A stretch of 64,000 bases of DNA, from NCBI RefSeq assembly GCF_009914755.1, contig NC_060925.1. One strand, 5' to 3'. Source of the stretch: the human T2T-CHM13v2.0 reference genome, Homo sapiens. A program made the position numbers and the translations under genes. This document shows positions 21,757 to 36,977 of this stretch, piece by piece (the first letter of the stretch is position 1; the number at the start of each line of letters is the position of its first letter). A model generated the notes under the pieces. That model had not been told where the DNA came from. It saw only the letters and a list, made by a program, of their open reading frames with translations, and made no database searches.

Positions 21757-23640
21757 TTAAACACACACACACTCTGTCATAGAGGAATTTCTGGGAACTG
21801 TCTAATTAAGGACACCGCTCTGCTCCAGAGAACCTACGGGGTCATGTTCTCACTCGCCACTCCCTTGTCCTCAAAGGGAAGTGCTGCATATATAAAATCA
21901 CTGAAAGAATCACATGATTTCCTTTATTTCTCTGGCCTTAAAACCTCCCGAGTGGGTAATCTGACTCACAGGTCTAGGAAAAGGGCCATTCAGGATAGTA
22001 GTATTGGCGGGTATTTTACAATGGAGCTGCAGACATCAGCACCAGCCTCCTAAGGACACCTTGAAGACGGACACAAAGGATGCAATTCATTCTTGAAGAA
22101 GAAGAAAAAAATCCACACAACTCAACCAGGGCCTGCTAGCATTACCAATCCCCACCCTTCCCTTCTGCTTTTCTTATTTCACAGGCTCTGCAGCTCCCTG
22201 CAGATGGAGCTGCTGCCTGTACTCCCAGGCTGCTCTTTCCATGGCGAGGCTGACCGTTCTGCTGCCCTCTGCCCTGGGCTCCCATTCAGGCAGAAATTCC
22301 CATTAGATGCTCTGTACAGAAGACAGGACTCGGCTGGCAGGTATTGTGCTGGGCTGAATTGGTGCAGCTGCTGTGTGGCATTTTGATTGATGCTGAGTCT
22401 GGATGCGACCTTTTAAAATGCAGTTTCCTTTGAAAAGGCAGCTCGGAAAATCACTCTGGCTGTGTGTGTGTATGTTTTCATGTGTGTGTGTTCATGCATG
22501 TGCTCTGCACGCTCTGAGTGACTCTACGAATACACGATTTGCTCCTATTGAATTTAACTGAAGCATCCCCAAAGGAGCAAAACAAATTCCTCATCCACAG
22601 ATCCTTAACAGAAGAGAGATCCAGGCCTTTCCATGTCTAAGACACACTAAGATTACCCATAATTTTACCTTGAGCTGGGTGCAGTGGCATGTGCCTATAA
22701 TCCCAGCTACTCAGGAAGCTAAGGTGGGATGATTACTTGAGCTCAGGAGTTCGAGGCTATAGTGTGCCATGATCAAGCCATTGCACTCCAGCCTGGGCAG
22801 CAGAGGGAGATCCCACCTCTAAATTTAAAAAAAGAAATCGCTTTGCACCTAATACTTCAAAATAGGCAGTTGTAGTGAGTTTCCATGATGCCCCCAGGGC
22901 ATTTCCAATTCCAGGAGCTCACTGCTGTGACTTCCTTTTCCAGGTAAGTACAAAAATGTAGCTTTGTCCCATAGGACATTAGACCAAAAAAAAAAAAAAA
23001 TCCAGCCTTGCAGTTGTTCCAGCTATTCTGGAAAATAAGACCTGGTGATTCTGGATTCCACAGTCTAAACAGCAGTCAGAGTGACAAGATTCTATAGAAG
23101 TTGCAGTTGTATAATCCAGCTAATAACCAAATCAGCCATTAGACACACATCCACTGGAAAGCAAGTCGATTAGTTCCGGTGGTTGTGAATGGTCTCATCA
23201 TTTCATTTCACAGCAAGCTTTGGCATTTCTTTTGAACTAAGGAAGACACGAAGATACAAAGCTTTTTTCCAGTTCATGGCACTGCTAAACTATGAGTTAA
23301 GAAATCCATTTCATGATGTTATATTTTTTGCACATGGTAGTCTTTCTCATTACACTCTTCCCAGTTGTGGTCATTCCTCTCTACTACACAATTCTTACTC
23401 AGTGCAACATTTCAAGAGGTATTCATGGTGACCTCACAGTCCCACCCTTGGGATTTGGAGGAAGGGGCACCATTTGAGAGACAAATGAGTGCAAAACTAA
23501 CACATCAATGATGGTAGGAGCAGGCTGAGCCCAAAGAGAGAGTTTCCATATGTTACCTAAAAGGCCTGGAGGACACCAAACCTAAAGGGGTGAAGAGCTC
23601 ATATCCGTAGAACTGGAGTGTAATTTAAAACACGTGCCCA

Positions 23641-23960
<320 letters not shown>

Positions 23961-24674
23961 ACACATCCTGAACCAATTTTGGTAACCCCATATATGAATA
24001 CGAGATGTACTAACACCAGGATGGGTGTGAATTGCATTCGAAGGCTAAAGAGCAGGGAGGCAGAGTGTCCAAATGTGTACTGTCTGTGCCTCAGGCAGAA
24101 AGGGTGTCCTCATTCCAGAACACCCTTGTTCTTTAGCCAGAAATGCTCCAGGTGCAAGAAGGGCATTTTTCAATCTGCTTTGGGTGGACAGAACTGTCCC
24201 TTGGTAACCATTTATTTTGCCTGCTTCAATTCTGTGCTCAAAACACAGCTTTCTGACCTAAGAGCTGTGTCCCATATTGTTTACTCTGCGGGGCGTCCTG
24301 GGTAAATGGCCGCCCACACTCTCCACCTACAAGGGCTTCCCATCTAAGGAATGCTTTGCCCCATCAATGGGTGCCGAGTGAATTTGGCCAGTGAGCCTGC
24401 CCCAAGATGGTCATCAACTCTAAGGGGAAGGATAAAATTCTGTTTCTGGCCTTTTAAACCTGGATCCCTGACTCTGAACCATGGAGACTGTTGAAGGTAC
24501 TGCCCACCCACGGGGACCCCTGAAAGCACACAGTAAGGCACCCTGCGACTTGAGCTCCTCTCTTAGTTGTCATAAGCATGCCTGTTCAGCTTACTGGCAT
24601 TTGATATTCATCAAGCTGGAAGGCACGACTTGTCTCTACAGTTTTTCACAGAGAGATTTTGGTAGGTTCAGATT

Positions 24675-24805
24675 GTATTTTTTTGGTTTATGTTTGGTCA
24701 GTTGTTTGGTTGGTTGTTTAGTTGGTAATTTGGTTGGTTGCTTGTTTGTTTAGTTGGTTGGCTAGTTGTTTGTTTGTTTGGTCTGTTGGTCGGTTGGTTG
24801 GTTGC
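24675..24805. repeat. Degenerate (TTGG/TTGT)n simple repeat
   Basis: Visible GTTG/GTTT tetramer periodicity. Confidence 0.85.
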
Positions 24806-26334
24806 CGAGGTAAGATTGTGAGCAGCTCGTTGCACACTCACACTTGCTCTGACTTACGACTTAAAGTGAAGTACAGGGGCCTGGGTTCTAGTACCAGCTC
24901 CATCCCTAGCTAAGTGTCACTCCCTGGGTGTTTTACTTTGGGTTCCCTAAAGGCAAACTCTGAGACAAGAACTTAGGAACGAGTGGCTTATTTAAGCAGG
25001 AAGCACAAGTGAGGCATGGGGAAATGAGGCCAGGAGGGAGAACAGTCAGGAAAGGGTGTGCTGGGTTCCCCCGGCGCACCTGAAGCTCAGTTCCACCAGA
25101 GGCCCTCAAAGGAGAGTGTAGAAACACTTCAAAGCTGTCCATGTGAAAGATGGGGAGAAACCCACCAATGCCACCTGATGTGGCTGACATTTGCCCTTGG
25201 AGTCATGAGATCCTCAGCATCGTCCAGGCTACCCCACATACAGACTGAGCAAGATTCCATGATGGAAGCCATTGGCCTGCAGGGACTGCCCACTGAAAAT
25301 ATAGACTAATGCAGAGGTGGCTGAGGGGACAGGGATACCAGGGTCTTTGTCTGTAAAATGAGGAAGATGAACTAGAGCACATCTCTGGCTCCCTCTGCCT
25401 GGGCAGTGACTCTCACCTCCCTGGACTGCAAGGCGACAGGACAGCACCTGCTTGTGACCTCAGAGAGCTGCATGTGGTTGGCACATCCACACAGGTGTCC
25501 AGTGCACTGCAGAGGGGCTGCACGAGGGCCTGGCTGCACCAGAGATTTGGGTTGCAATGTTCTTATAAAGTCAGGAAGGAAATGAAAGTATTCTAGCAAT
25601 TGCAAGGTCTTGAAAGTAGCCATCCTATGAAGAGGCTGCCGTTTCCCTCGGAAAACTTGCGTTCTGATGATCTGATGACCCTTTCTTTTTGCTTACTTTC
25701 CCCTCAAAAAGTGGAGAAATACGTTTTAATCATTAATAAACAAAATAATTGTACACACTACATAATTCATAAATACCTCCACATCTATTATCTCACTTAA
25801 ACTCCCCAGTAATCTTGTAAGATAGGTAGGAAATATATCCCCCATCTTAAAGGTAAGGAAACTGAGTATTAAAAGAGTTAAAAATTAATATTAATAGTAA
25901 GTCACATTTGGATAGCACTTCACACTTCCCTGAAGTCACTGTGCTGTGTCCTGTCTTTGCCTGCACCTGGTGACAGACTCAGTCCTTGACCACAGGGATG
26001 GGCGTGTGGCTGTCATGGTAGTCCATGCCCCTGGGCATGGGCTCAGTGATTGGTTCAGAAACAAGTCAGTTAAGATTCTTCTTTTTTTTTTTTTTTTCCT
26101 GGTAGAGCTAATGGGGAGAGTCTCTCTTTATTCTCAAATCCTGGATTTGGAAAAAGGAGATTCTGGGTCCTGTCATAGAAAATGAAAGACGAAAATGAAT
26201 CCATGCAGAGCTGAGTAAGGAGATTGGGGGAGGCTGAGTGAAAGGGATTCCCACGGATGCCTAAGGCCCCATTTCCAGTGCCTAAGACCTCAGAGTGGTC
26301 TTGTTCTGTGTCCCTCCTGAGGTTTATTTAATAA

Positions 26335-26832
<498 letters not shown>

Positions 26833-27618
26833 TGATTGGCATTAAAAGAAAATATTTGCAGGATGATTTTTCACCTTAACTTGAACTGCTTCTAGATTTA
26901 AATTTAATTTTGTAAATTTATTTTGATTATAAAACCAACACAAACTTATTTCAGAAAATGGAAAGTTTAGAAGCGTACAAGAAAGCAGGTAAATGTTTAC
27001 TTATAATCCCACCACCCAGATACCTTTGTTATTAAAGTTTCCTTCTAGCCATTTTACGTATGCCCCAAATGCCCTCTTCACAGCTCACCTGGGAAGCCAG
27101 CAGTGTCACTGTGCAGTACTGTCACACTACAAGATAACTCGTACCTCACGTTGCCTGTCAATGGCAGTCTAGCCTTCTCATCTCCACCCTCCAATCCCTA
27201 CACATGTAGCATTTCCAGAACTGCGCAAGAGGGATTCCCAGGTCTCCCAAGCCCATCTGGGGGCCACCCGTCCTGCTGGCCAGCCACACTCACACTGGAC
27301 TGTGGCTGTTCCAGAATGTTCCTTTTCCTGTCACTTCTTCCACCTTCATAATCAGCTTCTCTAGCCTACTGTTGCTTAGAGTCACTACTGATTTCTGTGT
27401 AACACATTAAACTAACACTGAAGAAACATTTGAAATGTTTTCTAAAAAGATTTTTTAAAATGTTGGTTATCTTATTGCTTCTGTGGCTAAGGAATTCAAG
27501 AGTGGACGGGTGTTTCCAGATCCGGGTCTCAGGTGTGGTTGCAGCTGGAATGTTGGTAGGGGCTGCAGTCTTCTGAAGGTTGGACTGGGGCTGAAGGATC
27601 TGCTTCCAAAATGGCTCA

Positions 27619-29068
27619 TGTTAACTTGGAAATCACACAATTTATAAATTTGGAAAGGAGACTTTATTTCTTATATAGGGTTATAGCCTGCAAGGTGGCC
27701 ATTTTGAGAGGGTGGGAAGCATAGCCTCTGGCCAAAGCTCCAAAAGCAGGCACTTCCTATGTTTACTTATAATCCTTATTGTTACGCAGGTACATATAAG
27801 AGACCACCTGAGCAGGCTTAGTGTGAGCAACAAGGCTGTTTATTCACTTGGGTGCAAGTGCACTGAGTCTGAGAAAGGAGTCAGCGAAGGGTGGTGAGAT
27901 TATCATTGGTTCTTATGGGTTTGGGATAGGCGGTGGAGTCAGGAGCAGGGATGGATGTTACAAAGTACATTCTCAAGGAGTCAAGAGCAATTTTTTTTTT
28001 TTGCTGGCAGGGGATGGATGTTACAAAGTACATTCTCAAGGGCTGGGAGAATATTACAAAGTACATTCACAAGGGCAGGGAGGGTGTATTGTCACAAGGG
28101 CGGGGGAGGAATGTTACAAAGTACGTTCACAAGGACGAGGAATTTCACAAAGTACATTATCACAAGAGCAGGGGGATATCAGGATGGCTTGACCATGGTG
28201 TGGCCAGCTCAGGCACCTTACACTTATAATCCCACCACCCAGATAATTTCATTATTAAAGTTCCCTTCTAGCTGTTTTATATATAACCCATATAAAACAG
28301 GGAGTGGTAGGTCAGGAATTTAAGCTGAATGGGTTGGTCAGGTGAGAAATATTTACTCAACAGGTTTTAGGAAGAGCTATGAATATTCATGAAGGTGGTC
28401 CTAACACATGCACATTGATCAAACATGGATTTTATGTCCAACCCCATTCACCTTGGGACTTCACATTTGAATGCATTACAATTAGGCCCCATACATCAAA
28501 AGGGCTTTCAGAAGGCCCTCAAGTGCACTGCCTCTGTAAACCAGCCAGAACTGGTCCATGGTCAGTGGTCTTCTTACAAGGAGAAAGTTACTGACATTAG
28601 TCTTTTGTCCAGTCAAAGCTGTAGTTTTGGTTTGTGGAACAGGGGGGTCAGTTAGCATCTGGCGGTGGAAGAGCTTTAAATTGTTCTAATATTGCTTATC
28701 TTGAGGCCAGTGCTTGTTTAGGTGCTAAAGGAAAAGAAAAACCTTGTGGCAGTTAGAACAGAGTTTATTCTTTAAGAATAGGGGCACGTGATTTAACCCT
28801 TACCTGGCATGACCTTAGATCCAATTTCTAATTGGGTATCTTACACCACCAAGGGTCCATTCTGTCAGTCTTATGATCTCTATTTAACATTAATGCTGGT
28901 TAGTCATTGTGTCTAAACTGCAAAAGGGAGAGGTTATAACAAGGCATATCTGACCTCCTGTCTCATCACGGCTGGAAACTCAGTTTTTAAGGTTTTTCCG
29001 GGGTGCTTTTGGCCAAGAGGGGGATTTTTCAGTTGGCTGAGGGGCTTAGGATTTATTTTTAGTTTACA
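27619..29068 (-). mobile_element. Solo MER4D/E-like LTR, interrupted
   Basis: TGTTAAC...GTTTACA termini, perfect TSD CTCA at 27615-18 and 29069-72; reverse-complement homolog of 1837-2745. Confidence 0.85.
27780..28222 (-). mobile_element. Solo HERV-H-family LTR (LTR7C-like)
   Basis: AAGAGACCACC..AGGCTTAGTGTGAGCAACAAGGCTGTTTATTCAC; tandem TACAAAGTACATT units; TG...CA ends; 5-bp TSD CTTAT. Confidence 0.85.
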
Positions 29069-29208
29069 CTCACATAGTTAGCAAGGCTGTCTTGGCAGCA
29101 AGCCTCAGTCCCTCCCATATAGACGTTGCCATCATGCTACTTGAGTGTCCTTAAAGCATAGCAGCTGGCTTCTTGCAGCGTAGGAGATCCGAGAGAAAGA
29201 GCAAAACA

Positions 29209-29581
<373 letters not shown>

Positions 29582-29824
29582 CTATTGGTTATACAACCCT
29601 ATTTAGTGTGGCGGGAGACTACATAAGGGTGCAAAACCTGAGGGACAAGAGTCAATAACACATGTATATGGCTTAACAATCCTAACATTATCACCAAGAT
29701 TATCATCAAAAATAACAGTTGCCAGTATATACTGTTAACTTCTTTATCCTATTCTCCTTTTGTCTACCTTCAATTTCTTTCTTTCTTTCTTTTTCTTTCT
29801 CTTTTTTTTTTTTTTTTTTTTTAA

Positions 29825-29938
<114 letters not shown>

Positions 29939-30363
29939 TGAGATTACAGGTGTGAACCACTGTGCCCAACCCTATCTTCTTTTCTAAATAAAATACTTGT
30001 AACACAAATTCTAGTTTTTCAGTTCCTACTTCTTCTTACCTATCAGTTGACTTTCCACCGTGGAAGATGTGGCGTTAGATCCCCTATATTGTTCTTCTAG
30101 CCCTACCCTTTACCATATACTTCCTTCATCTTCCCAATATATTAATAATTAGATGACTATTTTTTGGTTAAATCAATATAGTATGTTCTTAAAAATTATG
30201 TCCATGTAGATGTTATTTACAAAGGAAGCTATATTGCATGCTATAATACATTTCCTTGTGTTCATTTTCCCTAGAGTTATTAATTGCCCCATATTTCACT
30301 TGTTTAGTATTTTATGCACCTTTCATCTTCAATATATCTAAGAGAATTTTTTTAAAAATCTTA

Positions 30364-30706
<343 letters not shown>

Positions 30707-32034
30707 TCAAACAGTATGGTGGCTCACATTCACCCACATCCCCTACCCCATCCACCCTCAAATAAAACATCTTTTTTGGAGCCCTCTGTCTTCTTGCACC
30801 AATTTGGTCTGCTTCTCTGTAGGACTGCTGCACCACTGTTGCCCTGGGATTTTCCCCGTCAGGAAATCCTATGGATTTTTTCTCTTCACTCTTGCTGGAT
30901 TCCCTATTTTATGAATGCCTCTCTTTCCCTTTCTTTATTAATTGACTTATTTTGGTGAAGAACATCATCTAGCAGCTTTTTATGAAAGAGTGTATAAAAC
31001 TTAAATTTTTGAGACCTTATAATACTTGAAGATGTCTTTATTCTATCTACATGTAAACTATAGAGTATGGAATTCCAGTTTTGAGATAATTTCCCAGCAT
31101 CCTGAAGGCACCACTCCATTGTCTTTGATCTTCTGGGGCTACTGTTGGGCAGTCTAGTGCCACTGTCTTTCACGTCATAGGCATTCCTGAGGTGTCTAAT
31201 AATTCTCAATTGATTATTCCTATTTAAAAGTGAGATTCTAAAATCTTTGTTTGGAAGCTTCATGTGAATGGATGAGAACTTTTGACTTTTTCGTTTCCCT
31301 GTAGGGTGATCAGGTCGGAAATTCTTTGTTGGAAAACTCCCAAAGGCCATTCATGCTGGTTCTTTTCTCTTGGGCTCATTCATTTCCCTAGAGAAAAATC
31401 CTCCAACCTCCTGCCTATTAACATTCCATGCACAAGATAGGTGGAAAACTGGAGATAGGGTGTCACCATTCAGTACTTGGACATTTACATACACACTCAT
31501 GTTCAGTTGCACCTGGTGCCCCACATTCAGAAGGAGACTCAACCTCCAGTTTTCTGCTGGGGCAGGGTAGAGGCAATTGCTTAGCTGTGGAGAAGAGGGG
31601 ATCCTGAAATATAACTACCCCTTGTAATAATTTCAATGGATCCTCCTATTTTTGTCCCCACCTCCTACCCCTGTTTTTAGAGGTACCTGGAACCTCCAAT
31701 CCCGGTGCCTTTTTGGAGCTGTAGTTAGAATTGGTTTGCTTCTTCTTGGCTTCCTTGCCCATTCCCACTGCCCGCTCTTGTGGTCTCAGGTTCTGCTCTG
31801 ACTACTGAGTCAAGTGCCATTGGTCTATCTGCTCTCCAGCTTCCAAAATGACGTCCACATCACTCATTTGAGATCTTTTCTCTCATATTGTGGAATTATA
31901 CTTCTTTCTTTCTTTCTGCAATTTTAGTAGGCAGTATGAGGGGGAAGAAAGACAAATATGTATGTTCAACTTACCATGCTTAACCAGAAGTCTTTTCATA
32001 GGTTTCTATGCCATCGTTGTTGTGGTGGTGGTGG

Positions 32035-32313
<279 letters not shown>

Positions 32314-33209
32314 GTATGCTGTTTTTTAATTCATTTTTTGGTAACTTACCAATTTATGTTCTTCCTCCACTGATAAGATTATTCTTCTTTCTTTACTAAT
32401 ATTTAGGAGCTCTGTACATATAAAGGTATGATTATTTTAAATATATTGTTTTCATTTCAATGATTTTTTAAAGCATGTTCTGATTTTCTGGTGGACCAGA
32501 GTACTGGCAAGAATTTTTATTGCCTGCATTTGCATTTGTGAAGTTTGTGAACTAAAGCCTAAATGATATCATGGCACACTCTATAAATGAATAGTTTATA
32601 ACATCTTGAATAAAGTGGCAGAAGAATTGAATCAGCCATAGCATATGATAATATAAATATGCAGAATTCTAAAGATCCTATTCTCTGGAAGGCAGTACCA
32701 TTTTCATATTTGAAAGTGGTTGCATGGAGTGTTCTGTATCTGTATGCACCAAATAAAACAGTCTATTAGCAGGGAAGAATGCCTTTCTTCCCACTTCCAG
32801 TAATAATCGAATTAGATAATAGTGAATGTATATTTAAATAATGCTGCAATGCTAATGTTATCCTCCAATGACTAAAACAGCTTTATAGAATTATTATTTG
32901 AAGATTGCTTCTTGGTAAAATTTTAATTATCAGTTCTAATTTTCCAGGAGTTATAAAATAAAAGTTTAAAGTTTTTTATATTGTTTTATACAATGCCCTT
33001 ATATAAACAACCTTTCTTGGCTTTAGGTTTTTAAAAATCAAATGCAGAAACAGATGAAATACCAAAACAGTTCTAAGAGGACATCTTTCCACTATGAAAC
33101 CTGACATCAGTAACTGCACACAACTAACAGTACCTGTCACATTACATTCCAGTTGTTCATATCAATTTTATTAGTTTTGTAGTTTGGGGGTATTTAACTT
33201 TTAGATTTG

Positions 33210-33259
33210 TGTATTAGTCAGGGATCTCTAGAGAAACAGAACCAATAGGGCATGCGCAC

Positions 33260-33291
<32 letters not shown>

Positions 33292-33845
33292 AGAGAAAGA
33301 AAGAGATTTATTTTAAGAAATTGGCTCACACTAGCTGGGCACAGTGGCTCACACCTATAAACCCAGCACTTTGGGAGGCTGAGGCTGGAGGGAGGATCGC
33401 TTGACCCCAGGAGTTCAAGACCAGCCTGGGCAACATAGCGAGACCCTTAAGTCTGTTTTTTTTAAAAATTGTTATATATTAAAAAAAAAAGAAAGAAAGA
33501 AATTGGCTCACATGATTATGGAGGTTGCAAGTCCAAAATCTCCAGGGCAGGCCAACAAGCTGGAGACCCAGGGGAGAGCTGTTTTACAGTTCAAATCCAA
33601 ATGCCCTCTCCTGACAGAATTCCTTCTTGCTGGGGAGAGAGCAGTCTTTTTCTATTAAGGCCTTCAACGGATTGGACGAGGCCCACCTGTATTGTGGAGG
33701 GTATCTGCCTTACTCAAAGTCCACTGACTCAAATGCATTAATTTCATCTAAAAGGAAACCTTCATAGCAACATTTAAAACAATGTTTGCCCAAATATCTG
33801 GGTACCATGGCCTAGCTAAGTTGACACATAAAATTAAACATCACA
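33210..33845 (-). mobile_element. MLT2 (ERVL) solo LTR with (TG)n and a FLAM insert
   Basis: TGTATTAGTCAGGG...GTTGACACATAAAATTAAACATCACA; perfect TSD ATTTG. Confidence 0.88.
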
Positions 33846-34074
33846 ATTTGTTTTGGTTTTAAGGTTGTATAAGAGCCACAAGGATCAGGATTTCAAATCT
33901 TGCCTTAAATACATATTTTTGAAGTGTTTTTAATAAAAACACTTTAACAGCATCGGGGCAGTGGCGGGGGTGGGGAGTGGGGTCTGTACTTTTTTTCTTT
34001 TAAAAGCATCTGAACTGTCCTCAGGCTGAAGAGCAGTCTTCCAGAACTGAAAACTTGCTAAAGATTTTCCCCCT

Positions 34075-34559
<485 letters not shown>

Positions 34560-36752
34560 CTATGTCTTCCTTCTTAAAAGATGTTTTCCTTATTGGTTTG
34601 ATTTCTATGAAATTGATTTCAGTGAAACATAATAAAGTTATTTACAATGATCACTGGAAATAACAGCTACAATATGGCCTGGAAAAGAATATTGTGAACC
34701 AGCATTAAGATATGTTGAGGGTAATGGTGTATTATGAAGTTCATATGTATTTAGCAAAAGATTTTATATAAAAGGATCCTTTTACTTCTCTATCCTCAAT
34801 TCCTGAGTAAAAAACACATCCCATGAATGTCATCTCATGCAGAAAAGAGAACTGTACTAATAGTTTCATTAGAACAGAAAAATCATCCGAATAAAAATAT
34901 CAGATGATTCATTAAGCAAACCCCTACCCACTGCCTTAAAACCCTAGGCTTGCTGTCATTTAGATTTCCTGTCAGGAACGCCATATTTCAGCTATAAATA
35001 GAACATGGCAGCAGATAGAGCAGCTTTTTAATGAGGTCATTCCAGAGTCTGCATGATTTATTTTCTTTGAGTCTTTGCCATTTTTTGCTTCAGATGTGGC
35101 CCCTTTGTGATGATGATGCAACGTGACAGAATCATACCAGACTTCCAGAGCACTACCCTTGCCGCCCAAGTGCCCGCTCTCCCTCCTCCTTCCTCTCCTT
35201 CTCTGTCCTCCTTTGCACACTTGCTTTTTAAAGCCTCTTGTAAAGGGGCAGCAGTCAGAGGCTTCTGTCATATGTTTAGAGACCACCGATTGGGTCTCAC
35301 TTTTGATCACTCTCCCATCAGACACTAAATGTCCCAGCTGGAGCTTGGCTCATGTCTGGCTCTCCTAAGGTTGTTTACCTTCTTTCCTGAACTTTATGAT
35401 TGATGATAGGGGTGTGAGGGGTGTGGAATAATGGAGACAGACATAAGACTAATAAATTAAAAGCAATTGAGTGAGCTGAGAGTTTTCCCATCTTCCTTAT
35501 TAAACCTGACTCTATAATAGCTCCTAAAAGAATAACAGAAATGGAAAACACCGTCTCTAGTCAATACCCTTTCACTCAATGTGATTTTCCAGATGCTGGG
35601 AAGGGCCCTCCAACCCCAGTTCCCCACTCTCCTTCCCCTGTCACCAGTGCATGATTGTACTTACCTAGGGACAAAAGCCTTTGTTCCCAGTGGTGACAGT
35701 TTTGGTGGCTCTGGAGGCTTTAGCGTTCCCTGATTCTAGCAACACCCTGAAAGACACACCAACAGTCCTTCCAAATCTCCATGTGATCTAAGTTAGAGCT
35801 CGGAGGAAGCACAGCTTCACAAGGCCCATCCTCCCCAGCGGCCTTCCCAGGCCCTCCAGCCAGCCCACACTCTGCCTTCATCCCAGGGTTGCTTGGCTCC
35901 TACTGGGGGTCTATGGGCGGGAGTACCACAGCTGCATTACCGAGCACATTCCTGCCTCCTGGTCTAGAGGCAGGCTGAAAAAGGCTGGCTGTTGGTTTCA
36001 CAACACATTTAGCAGGAGCACCTGACCTGACCTGAGCCCTCCTGGTGGAAAACCCAACCGGGTCTCCTGTGAGGTGTTTCGGTCTGGACTTGTCGGCTGA
36101 GGGACAGCTGCGTCCATCAGTGTCCCTTTCCCGGCTGGGAACTACTTGAGGGTTCCCAGGACTGTGCTTCTTTGTCTTTGTATCTCCAGTGCCTAGCACA
36201 GGAGGGGCACGTAATAAGTGCCCTTTAAATATTTGCTGAGTTTAATTGAATCTTTATCTGAACACTTAGGAAAAAAGCAAGTGACACCACATGGAACTAT
36301 CCTTCAGGACGGGGCACTCACTCACTCATGGAATCAGTCCTTCATTTAATTAACATGTATCGAGGGCCAACTAAGCCTAGGTTTCCGGCTTTCTGCTTTG
36401 CCTCAGGAAAGTAAAAGTGAGTAATAGGCAATCTCTGTGCTTGTTTAGTTCATAGCCAAGAAGGGAAGACAGCTAATAAGGCAGGATTTTAGTACAGTGT
36501 GTTAAGAGTGCTGATAAAGGTGCATAAGTCACAAGAGCACGAAGCCAGGCATCTAACCTCGTTGTCTGGAAGGGACGTTGAGGCAGAGAGAACAGTGGAA
36601 CGTTGGCATGGAGATGTGGGAGACATGAAGTTTTGTGCAAACATCTCAGTGAGGCTCCAGTGTGGCCATCACAGGGAGATGATCATGGGAGAGACACAGA
36701 AGGAAGCAAGACCGGAGCAGTTAATGAGGCCCGAGCAAGGGGACCTTGCCTA

Positions 36753-36977
<225 letters not shown>

